Assembly: GCF_006345805.1 (NCBI RefSeq)
Contig: NC_043002.1
Location: 24,924,001 to 24,988,000, forward strand
Reading direction: 5' to 3'
From: Octopus sinensis
Taxonomy: Eukaryota
Length of the DNA: 64,000 bases
Shown here: positions 1-12,933 of the stretch, in pieces
How the letters are laid out: every line of letters begins with the position of its first letter
Position numbering within the stretch: position 1 is the stretch's first letter
Program-made: the position numbers and the translations under genes
Notes under the pieces: generated by a model
What the model was told of the DNA's origin: nothing
Seen by the model: only the letters and a program-made list of their open reading frames with translations
The model's database searches: none

Positions 1-240
1 ACTTTGAATAAAAACTGAAGCAGTGTGAAGAACACTTTAGTCAAGGCCAACAATTACTATCGTGCTGGTGCAAGTCCATACTGTAAAGTGGTTGGTGATT
101 GGAAGATCATCCAGCTTGTAAAAGAAGTACTAAAATCATGAAATATTCCAATAAAGTTTAACTGCATATGCAATACTAATACTTAACCATGATGGTGCTG
201 CACACAATAGAGGAGTGGTTAGGCAGAAACACTTAATCAA

Positions 241-511
241 GGCAGCGAGCTGGCAGAAACGTTAGAATGCCGGGCAAAATACTTAGCGGTATTTCGTCTG
301 CCATTATGTTCTGAGTTCAAATTCCGCCAAGGTCGACTTTGCCTTTCATCCTTTCAGGTTCGATAAATTAAGTACCAGTTACGCACTGGGGTCAATATAA
401 TCGACTTAATCCGTTTGTCTGTCCTTGTTTGTCCTCTCTGTGTTTAGCCCCTTGTGGGTAGTAAAAAATAGGTATTTTGTCTGCCGTTACATTCTGAGTT
501 CAAATTCCGCC
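241..511 (+). mobile_element. tRNA-derived SINE family A (dimeric copy)
   Basis: A-box-like TGGCAGAA and B-box-like GAGTTCAAATTC; central gtcgactttgcctttcatcc...gataaattaagtaccag; >10 copies in window. Confidence 0.85.
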
Positions 512-778
512 AAATGTTTAAATCTCATATAATGAGTGAAAATGATGGTTAATTGTACAAGGTGTCTGTGGTATAAATAAATGATGAGACAACAAACATT
601 AAAATGAATATAAACATTGTCACACAAAAGCTGATGCAGGACAGATATTGCACATATGTTGATATATTAAACTAATGTTTACAAGACAAATCATACATGC
701 ATTGACAAACCAAAACAAAAATGTCTAAAATTTACTGAAACAACTTTTAAATGATTGCATAACAGCTTTAAACAAGTC

Positions 779-784
779 TTTATT
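779..784 (-). terminator. Candidate polyadenylation signal of ZF gene 1
   Basis: AATAAA on minus strand ~170 nt downstream of the stop codon. Confidence 0.4.
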
Positions 785-953
785 AAACAGAAACTGCTCC
801 AGGTTACTTTGCAAAGAACAGAGATTATTTTTCCCAATATATTTCACCACACATTTCACACTTTTTTTTATCTTTGTGAACTTGTGTTTTCCATAAATAA
901 CCTCAGAAGAAAGCATAGTTCCTTAAACATTCCTATTAATACTAACTCCATAT

Positions 954-1751
954 TTAGTTACATGACTTATTATGTCTAGTCACATGACATTTTCTTGAAA
1001 ATGACTTACCACAGTTTTCACAGTTAAAAGGTCTCTCTCCAGTATGAACCATTACATGGATGCTTAAATTATAATTGGAAGAAAATGCCTTATCACATAT
1101 TTCACACTGGAAAGGTTTCTCTCCTGTGTGAACAACATTGTGTCTTGTTACATGACATCTTCTTGAGAAGGCTTTACCACAAATTTCACAGTTAAATGGT
1201 TTTTCTCCCGTATGTACAGTCATATGTTTGTTTAAGTTATAATTAGATGAGAATGATTTACTACAAATTTCACACTGAAATGGACTGTCTCCAGAATGAA
1301 GCATTTTATGCATTTTGAAGTTACTACCAGACATAAATGATTTACCACAAATTTCACAATTAAATGGTCTTTCACCTGTGTGAACCATTACATGCTTTGT
1401 TAAGTTACTATTAGATGTACAGGTCTTGCCACAAATTTCACACTGATGGGGACTCATACCAGCATGAGTCATTATATGGTTCTTTAAGTTACTACTAAAT
1501 GAGAATGTCTTACCACAGATTTTACATTGGTATGGCCTTTCTCCTGTATGAACTGTTCTATGTCTCCTTAAGCTACTATTACAGGAGAAAGCTTTTCTAC
1601 AAATTCCACAGTGGTACGGCTTCTCTCCTGTATGAGTTCGTAAATGTTCACTTAATTGCCAACTTCTTTTGAACTGTTTATCACAGATTTCACAATGAAA
1701 TGATTTCTTTTCCCTCTGAACCATTTTGCTTTCCATCAGACTATGACACAT
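954..1751 (-). CDS. C2H2 zinc-finger protein, 9 tandem fingers (last is C2HC), no recognisable effector domain; likely start is the MESK ATG at 1736
   Basis: Intact ORF with repeated CxxC-x12-HxxxH and TGE(K/R)P linkers; leader homology to ZF gene 2 favours ATG 1736. Confidence 0.92.
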   Translation of the reverse strand: MCHSLMESKMVQREKKSFHCEICDKQFKRSWQLSEHLRTHTGEKPYHCGICRKAFSCNSSLRRHRTVHTGERPYQCKICGKTFSFSSNLKNHIMTHAGMSPHQCEICGKTCTSNSNLTKHVMVHTGERPFNCEICGKSFMSGSNFKMHKMLHSGDSPFQCEICSKSFSSNYNLNKHMTVHTGEKPFNCEICGKAFSRRCHVTRHNVVHTGEKPFQCEICDKAFSSNYNLSIHVMVHTGERPFNCENCGKSFSRKCHVTRHNKSCN

Positions 1752-1907
1752 TCACACTAATTGACCACAGAATAGTATGGTATTCATTTTGTGTTTGAAA
1801 ATTGAGAAAATAAAATTTCATATCTTTTATAATGAATCAGCTGAAATCCTCTACATTGGTATTTTAACAAATACATTTCTATGATGTCATCTTTCATTAG
1901 CAATCCA

Positions 1908-1957
1908 CTAAGGTGAAAACATTTCCTGAAATACAACAAAAGTGAATATTAACATAG
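1908..1957 (-). promoter_or_regulatory. 3' splice acceptor (AG at 1927-1926) plus 4-codon uORF MFSP* of ZF gene 1
   Basis: minus strand tatgttaatattcacttttgttgtatttcag|gaaATGTTTTCACCTTAG; homologous to 38670-38716. Confidence 0.7.
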
Positions 1958-2050
1958 TATTAATAATGGGTGGGGTTTGTACAAAGTCACACACCAGTGG
2001 CAGTAACTATGTCATATTTAAGTGTGTTTGTTTGTGTGCATTTATGTGTA

Positions 2051-2062
<12 letters not shown>

Positions 2063-2103
<41 letters not shown>

Positions 2104-2213
2104 CATCATCATTTAACGTTCGCTTTCCATGCTGGCATGGGTTGGACGATTTGAATGAGGACTGACAAACCAGATGGCTGCACCAGACTCCAATCTGATC
2201 TGGCAGAGTTATA

Positions 2214-2259
<46 letters not shown>

Positions 2260-2262
2260 CAT

Positions 2263-2308
<46 letters not shown>

Positions 2309-2318
2309 ATACATACAT
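2063..2318. repeat. (AT)n microsatellites with an embedded RTE-X 3' tail (2101-2210, minus)
   Basis: Long (TA)n runs; catcatttaacgttcgctttccatgc tail motif. Confidence 0.85.
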
Positions 2319-2325
2319 GGATATA

Positions 2326-2825
2326 AAATAATAATGAAATTATTGTATGCAGTGCTCAGGTGCACCACAACTTGTCAGAAAGTGCATATAAAGTACATGC
2401 AGTAATGTAGAAATGTCTGGAAAGCGAACAATGTATGAGTCAGATACATGCTTGTGTGTGTATGGAGGGGAGAAAATCAAGTGTAGTGTTGGCGAATCTC
2501 AGGAAGCATGGAAGTTTTGAAGGATGCAGTGCTCCGACAACTAACAACCGATGCCAGCAGTTTGTTCCATGCTTCAGCAACTCTCAGCGTGAAAAAATGT
2601 TTCCTGAAGTCATGGGAGCTGTGCTGTTTTCTTACTTTGTAAATATGTCCACGGGTGTTAGATGGGTGGAGTTTGAAGAGGTGCTCAGAGTTATTGTTTG
2701 TGCGATGGTTGATAATCTTATGGGTGTCTGCCAAGTCAGCTGCCAGACGTCGGAGTTTCAATGTGTCCATGCCCAGGGAAGTAAGGCGTTCAGAATATGG
2801 CAAATGCCTGATGGAGGGTATTCTT
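2326..2825 (-). mobile_element. CR1-clade LINE 3' fragment
   Basis: HLPYSERLTSLGMDTLKLRRLAADL...TRGHIYKVRK...HFFTLRVAEAWNKL is a typical CR1 ORF2 C-terminus; same family as 29085-29836. Confidence 0.85.
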
Positions 2826-2843
2826 ATATATATATACATGTAT

Positions 2844-2874
<31 letters not shown>

Positions 2875-2875
2875 C

Positions 2876-3251
2876 ACTCTTTTACTTGTTTCAGTCATTT
2901 GACTGCGGCCATGCTGGAGCACCGCCTTTAGTCGAGTAAATCGACCCCAGGATTAGTCTTTGTAAGCCTAGTACTTATTCTATCGGCCTCTTTTGCCGAA
3001 CTGCTAAGTTATGGGGACATAAACACACCAGCATCGGTTGTCAAGCGATGTTGGGAGGCAAACACAGACACATATATATGCATATACATATATACGACAG
3101 GCTTCTTTCAGTTTCTGTCTACCAAATCCACTCACAAGGCTTTGGTCGGCCCGAGGCTATAGAAGATACTTGCCCAAGGTGCCATGCAGTGGGACTGAAC
3201 CCAGATTCATGTGGTTGGTAAGCAAGCTACTTACCACACAGCCACTCCTGC
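2876..3251 (-). mobile_element. tRNA-derived SINE family B (tail type 1)
   Basis: Head ggagtggctgtgtggtaagtagcttgcttacc; tail gcggtgctccagcatggccgcagtcaaatgactgaaacaagtaaaagag. Confidence 0.85.
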
Positions 3252-3260
3252 TATATATAT

Positions 3261-5081
3261 ATCATCATCATCATCGTTTAACATCTGCTTTCCATGCTGG
3301 CATGGGTTGGACGGTTTGACTGGGGACTGGTGAGCCAGATGGTTGCACCAGGATCCAATCTGATCTGGCAGAGTTTCTACAGGTGGATGCTCTTCCTAAT
3401 GGCAACTACTCTGAGAGTGTAGTGGGTGCTTTTACATGCCACCGGCACGAGGGCCAGTCAGGAGGTACTGGCAACGCTCAAAAGGGTGTTTTTACATGTC
3501 ATCTGCACAAGAGCCAGTCCAGCGGCACTGGCAACTCCCTCGCTCGAATGTTGTTTTTCACATATCACCGGCACAAGTGCCACTAAGGCGACACTGGTAA
3601 TGATCACGCTCAAATGGGGCTTATGTGTCACTGGCACGGGGACCAGTCAGCAGCCCTGGCAATGATCACACTCAAATGGTGCTCTTAGAGCTCCACTAGC
3701 ATGGATGCCAGACATGTGGTGCCGTCATCGAATTTGATTTCGAATTTACTTGCATCAACAGATCTTTGCAAGCAGAGTTTAGTGTCCAATGAAGGAAATG
3801 TATGCATAAGTGGGCTGGTTACACTGGTATCAGCCATGGGTTATGGTCCCACTTGCCTTGCCGGGCCTTCTCAAGCACAGCATATTTCCAAAGGTCTTGG
3901 TCACTAGTCATTGCCTCAGTGAGGCCTAATGTTCGAAGGTCATGCTTCACCACCTCATCCCGGGTCTTCCTGGGTCTAACTCTTCTACAGTTTCCCTCAA
4001 CTGCTAGGGTTTAACAGTTTTTCACACGTCTATCCTCATCCATTCGCACCACATGACCATACCAGCAGAGTCATCTCTCTTGCACATCACATCTGATGCT
4101 TCTTAGGTCAAACTTTTCTCTCAAGGCACTAACACTCTGTTAAGTATGCACACTGACATTATACATCCAGCGGAGTATACTGGCTTCATTCCTTGCAAGC
4201 TTACGCATATCCTCAGCAGTCACGGCCCATGTTTTACTGCCATATAGCATGGCTGCTCATACACATGCATCATACAGTCTACCTTTTACTCTGAGCAAGA
4301 GGCCCTTTGTCACCAGCAGAGGTAAGAGCTTTCCAAACTTCGCCCAGGTTATTCTTATTCTAGCAGCTACACCTTCAGAGCACCCGCCCCTGCTACTGAC
4401 TTGGTCACCTAGGTAACGGAGGCTATCAACTACTTCTAGTTTTTCTCTCTGGAATGTGGCAGAAGTTGTTCTTTGCACATTTTCAGTGTTTATTGCTACT
4501 GAGCATCTGCCACATACAAAAATTATCTTTCCAGTTAGCCTTCCTTTGATATTGCTGCACCTCTTATGTGTCCATAGCTTACACTGGATACATCTTATAG
4601 AGTTTCTACGTATGCCTTCTCTACAGATCAAGCAGGGCCATCTACTTGAAGAGATTTGTGCATTGTCTGTCTTCCTACTTATTAGGACTTTGGTTTTAGC
4701 TAGGTTGACTCTAAGGCCCTTCGATTCTAATCCTTGCTTCCACACCTGAAACTTCTCCTCTAGTTCTGATAGTGACTCTGCAATTAGAGCAAGTCATCAG
4801 CCTAGAGGAGCTCCCAGGGTCATCCTGTCTTGAATTCCTCTGTTATTGCCTGGAGGACTATGATAAATAGAAGGGGGCTGAGGACTGAATCTTGGTGGAC
4901 CCCTACCTCTACCCGGAATTCTTCACAGTACTCGTTGCCAACCCTCACCTTACTGACAGCATCCCTATACATGGCTTGCACAGCTCTCACTAACCATTCT
5001 TCTATCCCTAGTTTCCTCATTGACCACCAGATAAGGGATCGGGGAACCCTGTCAAAGGCTTTCTCCATGTCAACAAAAGCC

Positions 5082-5083
<2 letters not shown>
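3261..5083 (-). mobile_element. 5'-truncated, inactivated RTE-X LINE (RT, inserted Cys-rich PHD-like finger, 3' UTR, (ATG)n tail)
   Basis: EKAFDRVPR, GVHQDSVLSPLLF, PWELL*ADDL (YADD hit by a stop), WPCLIC...CIQCKLWTHKRCS...FVCGRC, RYLGD. Confidence 0.9.
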
Positions 5084-5138
<55 letters not shown>

Positions 5139-6232
5139 TATATATGTATGTGTGTGTATTTGGACTACTGGCCCAATATATATAACAATGATGATAGATG
5201 TGTATTTGGTCAATAGTCCACAAGTCAGAAAAAGCATACTCTAAAAGAAAATTTGAGCTATTATACTTTTATATTGTCAAGTAGTATATTTAGTATATTC
5301 CTGTATGTATAGTATAAAAAAGATATGTAAATATAAATGCATTTTATTGTTTTATGGCCACTAGGAATAACTGCTTTAACAGTCCTAACATTTGTCTTGA
5401 AAAATATACCAGAGCAGTCATTATAAAGCTGGCAGAAGTTTATGCTGAGGAATCCACTAAATATTTATAACATACACTCGCTCAGAGGTATTAGCTTCAA
5501 AATGTAACGAAAAAGTATCTAGGGGATCTTACAGTCAACTTAGCCTTTCATTCTTCTCTTTGAGGAATTATCTTAAGGACACCACTTGTTAGCTAGCCAA
5601 TCTTCAATAAAAGCTAAAGAAAAGCAATACTTTAGGTCAAATCAAACTGCATACAGATCAGAACTTTATTAATCTGACATTACAAGTCTGCATATAACAG
5701 CTTTTACGTTTTTTTTGGTGCACTAACATCATTTGCCAGACTAATCACCATGCATTATCTAGCTATATATTATATTATATGCTTCCTAGGACTATAAAAT
5801 ATAGTATCAGTTGAGGACTGAAGTCAATTTCATAGTCTTATAAATCATCATTGTCGTTTTACATCTGCTTTCCTTACTGAAGTGGTCATTTCTTCTTTCT
5901 CAGATAGACCCAAGGACCACATTTCACTCATAAGTTTCATTTTGAGCTTGGTTTCTACAGCTGAATGACCTTCCAAGCAATAACCACCTTACAGAGTGTG
6001 ATTGGTGCATCTTATTTGTGGCACTAGCACTGGAGATAATATGTCTGTGACAAGCCTAAAAAGTAATCACAACCCTATGCTTAACAAGATGTATAGAGTG
6101 CACTCTTATGTGAATGGAATTATAATAGAAGTTTTTGTATGGTTTATTTTAAATGATAACATTTTTCTTTTTTTACATCCATGCTTCTCTTCACAAAGAA
6201 ATAATAGATTTAAATCTCAGAGAATTATAGAT

Positions 6233-6456
6233 TTAACCTTTTAGCATTTAGATAATTCTATCAAATGTAATGTTTATTTATTCACATTGTTTTAAATTAA
6301 TTGTGAATTATTTGATAGCTTTGCAATTCCAATGATTGTTTAATTTTTAGGATGACACTGAGATTCGCGTGAGATGATGGCTGTGACCAGTTTGAACATA
6401 AAAACAGGTAGAATATTTAAGCCAAATATGGTCGATTAAAAATACTAAAGGGTTAA
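6233..6456. mobile_element. TTAA-flanked MITE (piggyBac-like)
   Basis: ttaaccttttagcattt ... aaatactaaagggttaa; related partial copy at ~17900-18117. Confidence 0.7.
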
Positions 6457-7070
6457 ACCCATGTTTTTTTTTTTATCAAGAAGCACTTATAGAAGTGGTA
6501 AACAAAAACATTTCAACTGAAATTCTGATTAATGCAAAATTCATTCAGCATTCTAGCCTTTTAGTAAATAGTTTTTTCATCACTGATAATTTCAGATCTG
6601 GCAATTGTCTATCTTCTTTGCTTATTTGCCAACATAAAATGCTTTAGTACCCTTAACCAATTATTTTATTTTAATTTTTTATAATTATCAGATTAAAAAA
6701 TGAGGGGAGGAATGACTGATTTTCAGGACCATCATGACTGGGAGAAAGAAGTTATCTGAGGGTTTGGCTCAAATGCTTGTAATAGGTTAGACTCTGCTAA
6801 AGATACCCATGGACCAGGTAACAGTTAAAACAGGAAGGGCCAAGTAGTTATGTTAAAACAGATGACTGAGAAAATATGCAACAGTTTACAGGAAAAATTT
6901 ATTAAATTACAGTGCGTGATTTCAAACTTTAAAATAAATTTTTGAAAATGTGTATTCGTGTGTGCGTGCACGTTTGCTCCAGGCAAACCCTGAATAAGTA
7001 GACATAAAAGGTATTCTAGCTATGACTATCCTCTCTCTCTCTCTCTTTTTTCAAGACAGTAGGGTAGATG

Positions 7071-7425
7071 TGGGTGTGGCTGTGTAGTAAGAAGCTTGCT
7101 TCCCAACCACATGGGTTTGGGTTCAGTCCCACTGCATGTCACCTCGGGCAAGTGTCTTCTATAACCTTGGGCCGATTAAAGCCTTGTGAGTGGATTTGCT
7201 AGACGGAAACTAAAAGAAGCCCATCGTATGTGTATGTCTCACCACCGCTTGACAACCGATGCTGGTATGTTTACGTCCCCATAACTTAGCGGTTCGGCAA
7301 AAGAAACCGATAGAATAAATACCAGGTTTTTCAAAAAGTACTGGGGTCGATTTGTCCAACTGAAACCCTTCATGAGGTGCTCCAGCATGACCGTAGTCAA
7401 ATGAGTGAAACAAGTAAAAGAATAG
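7071..7425 (+). mobile_element. SINE family B, full length
   Basis: Reverse-complement match to 2876-3251. Confidence 0.85.
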
Positions 7426-7907
7426 AATTTGTATGCTATTTGGTGGGCTTTTCTACCAGCTCGAGCGACCACGCAGAAGCTTCCTAGTTGTGTATAATTT
7501 GTGAAATAGTACTCAAGAGATCATAAGTAATGAGTCAGCATAGACTTTATTTACAGCCAATGAGATGAACACCTCATTATTTCAGGCCTGAAATAACCCT
7601 AATAAAGGAAAATGACAAGAGCAAAACATTTTCCTAAATGTAACTTTGAGGCATGATACATGTGAACAGTAAAACCCGAAAAAACTAGTCATGTTCTACG
7701 GTAGTAAACAGGTAATTCAAAACTTCACAATGAGGAATTTTGCCCTGAGGAGACGATAAAAACCAAACGTTTTGGACAGGACCTTTCGTCAGACAGAGAA
7801 CGATATATGACAAAAGGGGATCTCATTCATTCACAATGAAATTCCACAAACAGACTACAGTTTGGGCCAAGGTGCTGGACAGTTATTTTAGAACACTAAA
7901 TAATTTA

Positions 7908-8107
7908 TTTCTTTATTGTCCACAGTGGGCTAAACATAGAGGGGACAAACAAGGACAGACAAAGGGATTAAGTCGATTACATCGACCCAGTGTGTAACTG
8001 GTATTTATTTAATCGACCCCGAAAGGATGAAAGGCAAAGTCGACCTCGGCGGAATTTGAACTCAGAACGTAACGGCAGACGAAATACTGTTAAGCATTTC
8101 GCCCGGT
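7908..8107 (-). mobile_element. SINE family A (tail type 1)
   Basis: Reverse-complement match to 241-470. Confidence 0.85.
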
Positions 8108-8611
8108 GCCGGTTGCTTTAAGTCTATTTGGGATATCATTTATATCGTTAGATGATTATATTTATAGTATTTCGGGCGAGACTAAATTTACTGACGGATT
8201 TGCATAAAATTAGCGAACAAAGTTGTTCGAAGAGTTGACGTAAAAAAAGGGCAAATAATTAATAAAAATAAAGAACTAGGAGCAAGTTTACCGGAATGGT
8301 GTAAAGCCACCAGGAGCACATGTCACACAACACAATACGTTTTAGTTTATTTCTGCAACTAACACACTATTAAAACACAAATTAACGAAGACAGTATAAT
8401 ATAAACCAGCAACACATCAGTGAAACAAGATATCAACGGTAAAATGTTACGTGTAAACATCAACTGTCCAAAGCTATCTTACCTCAACACAACCGCTCTT
8501 TAAACATCCTACACACTCCCTTCAATATACTCCTTAAAAGTCCCTTGCCTATTGATAAACCACTATACATACATATACACACACACATACACCCACCTCT
8601 GACTTCAAAAC

Positions 8612-9010
8612 TTGTCGCATCTGGGACGAGTACAGCTGTCGACTGGATCTATAACGAAGATGATACCGCCAACTGAACTCTCAAAGGAAGGTGAGGCTTG
8701 TTTTTACTGTACGGTGGCAGTATTGAAAGAGTATGTGCGGAGAACTAGAATGGAAGGTTTCGTGACAGGGTCCTTCGTTTCTGGGCCCGGTTTATTAACT
8801 TACTCCAGATACCGTCTGAATAGCAAGATCTGGTTGGAGAGGAAGACCCTGCCACAGAGAGAGTATGAGAAACGTTGGAAGGATGTGATGAGAAAGGTGG
8901 CTGTCTGTAACCCAGCTTAATGAAAGGGGGAAAAAAAATAGTTGCTGGGCCTTTCAGGCTGCCGGGTAAGAGTTTTAACTTGTTTATATATTTCATTAAA
9001 AAAAAAAAAA
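8612..9010 (+). mobile_element. Tx1-clade LINE 3' fragment with poly(A)
   Basis: RVQLSTGSI...AVLKEYVRRTRMEG...KIWLERK...KRWK is homologous to the ORF2 C-termini at 30646-31038 and 62403-62825; A-run at ~8998-9010. Confidence 0.75.
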
Positions 9011-10337
9011 GGATACATTAAAAGTTCAAGTTAATCGATTATATCATCAAAATTTTTAACACTCATAACATTTTTGTAATTGTTTTTGACCCGTAGTGTC
9101 CCATCTACGTACCGATTTTATAATCGTAATAAAGAATTCGTCTTCTCTGGCTTCGAAACATCAACCTCGGGAGAGGAAGTGTTACGGCTGAGAGGAAGTC
9201 CAGACCAAACTAACCAAGACTCAAACATCTAGAGAGAGAGAGAATTTGTGTATCGGTATGTGTGTCCTCTCTCTATCCCTTTCCCTCTATTAGCGGAAGA
9301 GAGAAAGATATTCAGACTCCAAAAAGGGATTGAGAGGAAATACAAGAATTTCATTTACATACTTACTCTCCAAACATTGCTACTCCTTGTTCTCACCTAT
9401 AAATGTAATTAGACCACAATTCCTGTACAATTCTTTTTAGTGTCTAATCTTTTGTGATGTTCATTTGTTTTAAATGTTATTTAAATTTAACTGTGCATAA
9501 GAATAGAATATAAGAATAAACAACGTACATTAGAAGATTTTTGAGTTTTTTCTTCAAATGATTTGGTTTGGAGGAAGGTTATGCTCATAAGTTTTGGAGT
9601 CCCTCTAAGTCCGATGCATGAATGATATGTTGGGAAGGAATTCCATTGAAGTGATGTCCTGGAAAAGAATGGTTGAGCGTAGTGGTCAGAGTGGTTTCTA
9701 AGGCGTGGACGCAATATGAGGGATAAGACGAGAAAGGATGAGTTAGCAGGGCTTGAGTAGTGGCCTGAAACCCATCAACTCCGTGTAGCAAAGACATCTA
9801 GCAGTTATAAAAGGCAGAGTGAGGAGATATCGTATCTGTGAAACAAAAATTGGAATGTGATGCTGTGCATCAGGTGGTGATTTTTGGAAACAGTAATTTC
9901 GCCTTCAACAAATTGCTTCTTTTGATAGGATAATTTTATTTTGTTTTATCTATTTTGTTGTATATCTTAAGAAAGACTTCTTACAGCCCCAGCAAACAAA
10001 ATGGAGAAGATGTTGCTTGGGAGGGTGGTGAGGGAGATGCACTGGAACAATCACTCTGGTTCACGGGGAGCTCACACTTGTGGACAGATATCTCCACCCC
10101 GATAGCAATGAGCAGGGATATGGTGTAGGAGCCAAGAATGCCAGAGATCTCCACTGCTACAAGCTCAACCATAAACCTGTCAATACTTCAACAGTTTGCT
10201 TTTTGTGGTACCTTAATTTTGATACAGTGATTTCACATCAATCTGTTGGAAAGCTTTTTTTTTAATGCAAAATTAAATTATTGAGAGAAATGTGGTATTA
10301 CAAATCCAACCCATTCTAGAAGTAAATAAACATCATA

Positions 10338-10620
10338 ATTTAATGATTGCTTTCCATGCTGGCATGGGCTGGTCAGTAAAACAAGCTGGCAAGCCAGAGA
10401 ACTGCACCAATGTCTGCTTTGGCATGGTTTCTAAGGCTTGATAGCCTTCCTAACACAAACTAGTTTACAGAGTGTACAGGATGCTTTTTACATGGTACCA
10501 GCATCAGCGAAGTCACCAAGTAACTTGCAAAGCAAGACCCCTCAGCTGAGGGAGAGTAGTATTGAGAGAGGAAGTTTTGTGTGTCAGGCGATGAGGTGAG
10601 AGTATGATAGAGGGACAGGA
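10338..10620 (-). mobile_element. Diverged RTE-X 3' UTR/tail copy
   Basis: tttaatgattgctttccatgctggcatggg...ccttcctaacac motifs. Confidence 0.6.
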
Positions 10621-10739
10621 AGAGGTGTTTTACAGTAAACAAGATACACACAGCCCCAGCTGGAAAAAAAAGGTGAGAGAAGATACTAAAGAAAATATGT
10701 TGGAACATAGCCTCAAATTACAGGAATGTATATATATAG

Positions 10740-10915
10740 GAGCACTCTGTCGGTTACGATCAGAGCACTCCGTCTGATACAATCAATGGAACAGCCTGCT
10801 CATGAAATTAACATGCAAGTGACTGAACAATCCACAGACACACGTACCCCTAACGTAGTTCTCAGGGAGAGTGTGACAAGGCCGGCCCCTTTGAAATACA
10901 GGTACAACTCATTCG
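10740..10915 (+). mobile_element. SINE-like fragment (unclassified family)
   Basis: ggaacagcctgctcatgaaattaacatgcaagtg...cgtagttctcaggga; single copy here, pattern recognition only. Confidence 0.45.
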
Positions 10916-12933
10916 GAAAAGATTTTTACCCGCTAAATTCGGAAAAGATTCTTACCCACAAAATTTCCTTATAATCGTAATGTATGCCATTTGAAAGGTA
11001 TTATATAAAATTGCATATAAAAAAAAAAGTATTTTCCTAAAAGTTATGAGGGAAAAACTTGGATCTTGTGAATTTTCCAAAGTCCTCTCCCAGCCCCACT
11101 CCCGTTGGTTTCCACCATCGCTTGACACCAATGTTGGTCTGTTTATGTCCCCGAAACTTACTGGTTCAGCAAAAGAGACTGATTGAATAAGTACTAGGCT
11201 TACAAAGAATAAGTTCTGATGACTGAAACATGTAAAAGAGTACTACTTCAATTTTCACGGTGCTCCATGATTTCAGGACCCATTCACACACCTGAGCAAT
11301 TCTTTTCTACTCTAGGTACAAGGCCTGAAATTTTTGGGGAGGGTGCCAGTCGATTAGATCGACCCCAGTATGCAACTGGTACTTAATTTACCTGAAAGGA
11401 TGAAAGGCAAAGTCGACCTCAGCAGAATTTGAATTCAGAACACACCTGAGCAAGAAAAACATTTACAGAAATGAACTTGCGCAATGTTGTAATAATGAAT
11501 CAAGGGGTTTAGTCATTACCACCAAAATTAATTTCCCTTGTATTTTCTCTCTTTTTTAGTATTCAATTAAAAGTGAGAATATGTTATTACCAACTACATT
11601 AAAACTTTAGTAACTTGATCGATCTGTCATTGAGCCAGGATTTTAATTTCATTTGATACACACTTTGCTATCATTTATATGGAGAGTTGCAAGCGTGGTA
11701 TATAAAGACAACTTATTTTAATAGAAATTTTATGAGTACATTTCCGTAAATGTTTTTCCTGTCATACCCCTGCCCCACACACACATGCACATATACGTAG
11801 GTGGATACATATGGATTAAGTCCCATTTTGGAAGTATGTTAAAGTTTTTATTAGTTTGGAATGAAAAACAAACATAGGTACTGAGCCAGTGACTAAACTT
11901 GTAGTATTTTGTTGGGATTTATCCAGTGAATTGACAGCAAGGTAATTGCTGCTATCAGAATAATTTACCTTTAAAGCAAAAAAAAAAGAAGCAAAACCAA
12001 CATATACAACAGGTATGTAAAATATATTTTGTGTACTTCTTTTACTGTTCAAGCACAAAGATTCTCCGGACATTTAGCTGTTATTTTTAGCACATCAAGT
12101 TTTGTGGTGAGGGCTTCACATGCTGTGGTCCTTTTGCAGTTTCACTATAAATCTAAGAATGAGGAAACGGACTAAACAGCCATTCATTTTCACTTTTAGA
12201 CAGTGGGACAGGGTGTGGATCAATTTTGGAGTTTTTCATAAAAAAATTTGAATTAAAATCTGTTTATCCACCCATCCCCACATTCTTAATATCCATATTT
12301 TTCCATGTAGATTGAAAAAACAAATTTCGAAAAAAGTTAAAAATTAAAAATTTGGGAGGGAGGGGGAATTAAAAAGCTTTACAATGTGGTTTTTTGCATA
12401 TTCAGAATCACCATCATCAAAAACCACATTTTCTCCATTATGTGTATTAACTTGTGCTTACATAAAAAAACATTATCAGAAATTTTTCTGTCACAAAGTG
12501 TTATATTTTTCTAAATGTGAACCAATATATGTCCAATTAATCAACTTTCACTCAGAATGGCTTAATACAAATTTCAAAATAGAATATTTTCTCATCTTTA
12601 AGAATTACTGAGTGAACTTTGTGTTTTTATTCTGTAAGAATATTCTAAGTCAAAAATCATTGATAGCCAACCAAAAATGTAATAATTTGCATTATTACCA
12701 GTACTGTTGTAATAATGACCAAATTATTTAACTTGTAAATAGTCCAGTCCACCAAGCTGTAAAGAGATACTACTGACTCAATGTCCATCATAAGTAACAT
12801 TAGCATTGTAAAACTGATAAGTGTTAATGGCTTGCAGCATTGAATCTAATTCAGTCAATTAGATTGAATCGAATTTAGTTGTTTTTATAATCTATGGTGT
12901 ACGTTTGTATGTCTGCCAGTTAGGTTACACACA

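Noticed and set aside
241-330. tRNA genes at SINE heads
   Set aside because: They have A/B boxes but no complete cloverleaf and run into SINE bodies.
2042-2405. YI/IY-, HT-, poly-Y/L/N ORFs here and at 31805-32058, 49195-49595, 57161-57681
   Set aside because: Translations of microsatellites.
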